This document shows positions 61,416 through 64,000 of a DNA stretch of 64,000 bases, piece after piece. The position numbers and the translations under genes were made by a program. Position 1 is the first letter of the stretch, and the number at the start of each line of letters is the position of its first letter. Source of the DNA: Octopus sinensis. Taxonomy: Eukaryota. The stretch is from the NCBI RefSeq assembly GCF_006345805.1, contig NC_043001.1, positions 55,056,001-55,120,000 on the forward strand, written 5' to 3'. A model generated the notes under the pieces. The model did no database searches and was not told where the DNA came from. It saw nothing but the letters and a program-made list of their open reading frames with translations.

Positions 61416-61924
61416 AAAGTAATAATTATAATAATTCTTATATGAAAATGAGCTTAGTATTTTTGCTTGTTGTGATGCTAAAGATATAAATAACGTGGAA
61501 AGAGAGGACTGGAAAAACAAGAACTAGAGAGTGAATGAGTGGCAATTAAAAAGAAAGTGAATGGAAGGATGAGGGGTTTATCGCACTGCTCTGAATAGCA
61601 AGTGGGAAAAATGTGAGTGAAAGTTCACAGTTTTACTTTGTATATTGTGAAAAAGCAACTTCCAGAATAAATTATTTTTTGTATTTATCATTAAACAAGT
61701 CAAGGAGTGGGACATTAGGAAATATGGATTAAAATATTGTCATCTGCATTACCAGCAGTTTGACTAAATAATTGGTGTCAAATGAAGTCAAAACTAACCT
61801 CATTCAGAAAAAAAATGTGCATTACTAAGTTTGATGATATTTCACATTGTTTGAAAGATGCCCATTGCAGTCAATATAAATGTTTGTACAGATAAAAATA
61901 ACTGTATTCAAAGATAGAAGTATT

Positions 61925-62152
61925 TAACCATTTAGAGTTTAAAATGGCTGCATCAAGCCCAAATATTCTACTTGTTTTATATTCAAACTGGCCAGATCCA
62001 GCCTTTCACATCTACCCCACAATGTCATTATAAACATACACAATCATGCCATTGAAATCTCAAAGCTACAAGGTAGTAGAGAATTAATTTAAGATATTGT
62101 GAATAAATAAGCATTGTTTTTTGACAGAATAATCTGGATACTAAAGGATTAA
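61925..62152. mobile_element. piggyBac-like MITE, same family as 27950-28165, opposite orientation
   Basis: ttaaccatttagagtttaaa ... aatctggatactaaaggattaa. Confidence 0.7.
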
Positions 62153-64000
62153 AAAAAAGAAATATTTGATAATGAAGCTATTGGCATTTGTCATTGTGGC
62201 TTTGATATCCATCCATAGTTAAAGTTGGTAATAGTAAATCAATGTGGCTTATGTTCATCAGTAGTGCTAAGCATTTTTATATCAGTAAAAAAATATTTAA
62301 AAGCTGTATTCATCATTGTTAAGCTGAATAAATTATAAACTAAATATGGTAACAGTTTTATATTCTATCAAATGGTTATTAGATTTACAAGAGATAAAAT
62401 GGCTGTTGCTGAGGTCATTATTTTAGCCTCAGATCAGCCTTGATCAAAGGCAATCCTTATATGACATTGCTGTTTTTGTATCTAAGACTATATTATCCAA
62501 TGTGTTCTTCCTTATTTTGAAAGCAGGCATATGCATATATACACATACATGTAAATACATACGCACACACAGACACACATATGTACATATACATAGAAAG
62601 ACATCATTTGTCTCTTTTACATCCACTTTCCATAATGGCATGGGTTTAATGGATAATAATTTAAGGCAGTATTTAACAGCTGGGTATTTTTTCTATCACC
62701 TTGTTTTTCATGTAAGAGATTACTTGCTCTACAAGACTTTGAAAACACAGGACTACATGATGTGTTGTTCACAGGAAATGTAAATATGACGTTATTACTC
62801 TTTTGCTTAGATAGTCTTATGTGAAGATGCAAAGATTTCAATATTCACACACACATGCATATATGTTTGTATATTCAGCCATGCCTGGTGTACACACATA
62901 TGCACGTGCGCATGCACACACACACACACACACGTGTATGTGCACTACAGGCATAGCTGAATGCTTGAAGAGTCCACAACCTTGAAGTCACCAAGTTTGA
63001 TACCAACACTGTAGAATGCTCTGCAAATGTCTTTATTACAGCCTCAATTTGACCCAAGGCTTGAGAGCGATATTGGATAAAAAGACTGTTGAATGGACTG
63101 TACTTGTCATTCATATGTCCAGCTTTGTCAAAATATGTGACACTGATTGTACTTAAGGGATACATATGTCTAAAGAATACTCTGTCGTTTTGCATGTTAA
63201 TTCAACAAGTATGTTGTTCAACTGATTGAACAACATTTAAATTGGCTGAAGAATCCATCACACATCCACGTACATATACCAGATAAGATATGCTTTTCTT
63301 TTTATTCTTATGTAACAAAAAAATCACAAAGTGTCAAATGCAACTATTATGGAAGCGTATGATGAAACATTTAATTTCTTTTTTATATTTTATATTTTAT
63401 ATTTTCTTTTTTGTATTATGTGAGAGTGCATCTTAAATGCTGGTAAGTATGGCATATAAGCGGATCCTCAATGCTGAACTACTTGATCATATTCACCCTT
63501 CTACAGCTCATTCCCCTCTTACCTTCCCTTATTTAACCATCTTCCCTAACCCAAGATGAAATGGATATCATAAACAATTAAACAGCTAACACAACTGACT
63601 ACTCTGTACTAGTTTTAACAACATGACAAGTTACTTTCGTAAACTATGCCCATGTGTGAAGGCAGAAGATGTACGCATGTAATGTGTTCTAAGTGGGGAC
63701 CACAAGTACCCGTTACCAAAGTAACTATATACTTCCATCTGAGATAAGCTTATACCTTAATGACATGTCATTATATAAAGATTAAAATTACTCATCACAT
63801 TAAACTGGATTATGAAGAGAAGACATAAACTATGCAAAGCATCCAGTTTTAAAATTCTTTAAATTAAAAAAATGTCAAATATAATTTTATGTAATAACAT
63901 TTTAAGTTAAGCTCAAAACACCAAATTAATAAAGACTTTGTTATTTTTCTAAATTCAACCAAATTTTAATTATTTTCAAAATTTACTGACAATACATTTC

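Overview
Eukaryotic, very AT-rich, microsatellite- and TE-dense animal genomic DNA. The SINE, RTE and Penelope repeat families look like those of an octopus (coleoid cephalopod), which is an inference from recalled repeat sequences. There is no prokaryotic content, CRISPR array, rRNA or true tRNA gene. Two spliced genes can be read by eye, and the ORF track misses or truncates both. (1) The first two exons of VPS36 (ESCRT-II, GLUE domain) lie on the minus strand (5450-5355, 3389-3321), joined by a GC-AG intron; later exons lie left of the window. (2) A complete 3-exon gene on the plus strand (13698-13746, 26469-26671, 30491-30550) encodes a 103-aa protein with a likely mitochondrial presequence, a prag01/Deltameth_res-type motif and one TM segment, probably the cytochrome c oxidase subunit 7B homolog. 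Its 12.7-kb first intron holds two near-perfect palindromes, an inverted pair of Penelope-type hammerhead ribozymes and a CR1 LINE with its 3'UTR at both ends. From about 37 kb to 60.5 kb there are TE-poor AT-rich blocks bordered on their high-coordinate side by minus-strand splice acceptors with short phase-1 ORFs. These may be a series of alternative last exons and 3'UTRs of an unidentified gene upstream of the window's right edge (speculative). The remainder is decayed LINEs (CR1, RTE, Penelope), tRNA-derived SINEs, DNA-transposon relics and MITEs (hAT, mariner, piggyBac-like, Helentron-like) and simple repeats. TE boundaries are approximate, to within tens of bp.
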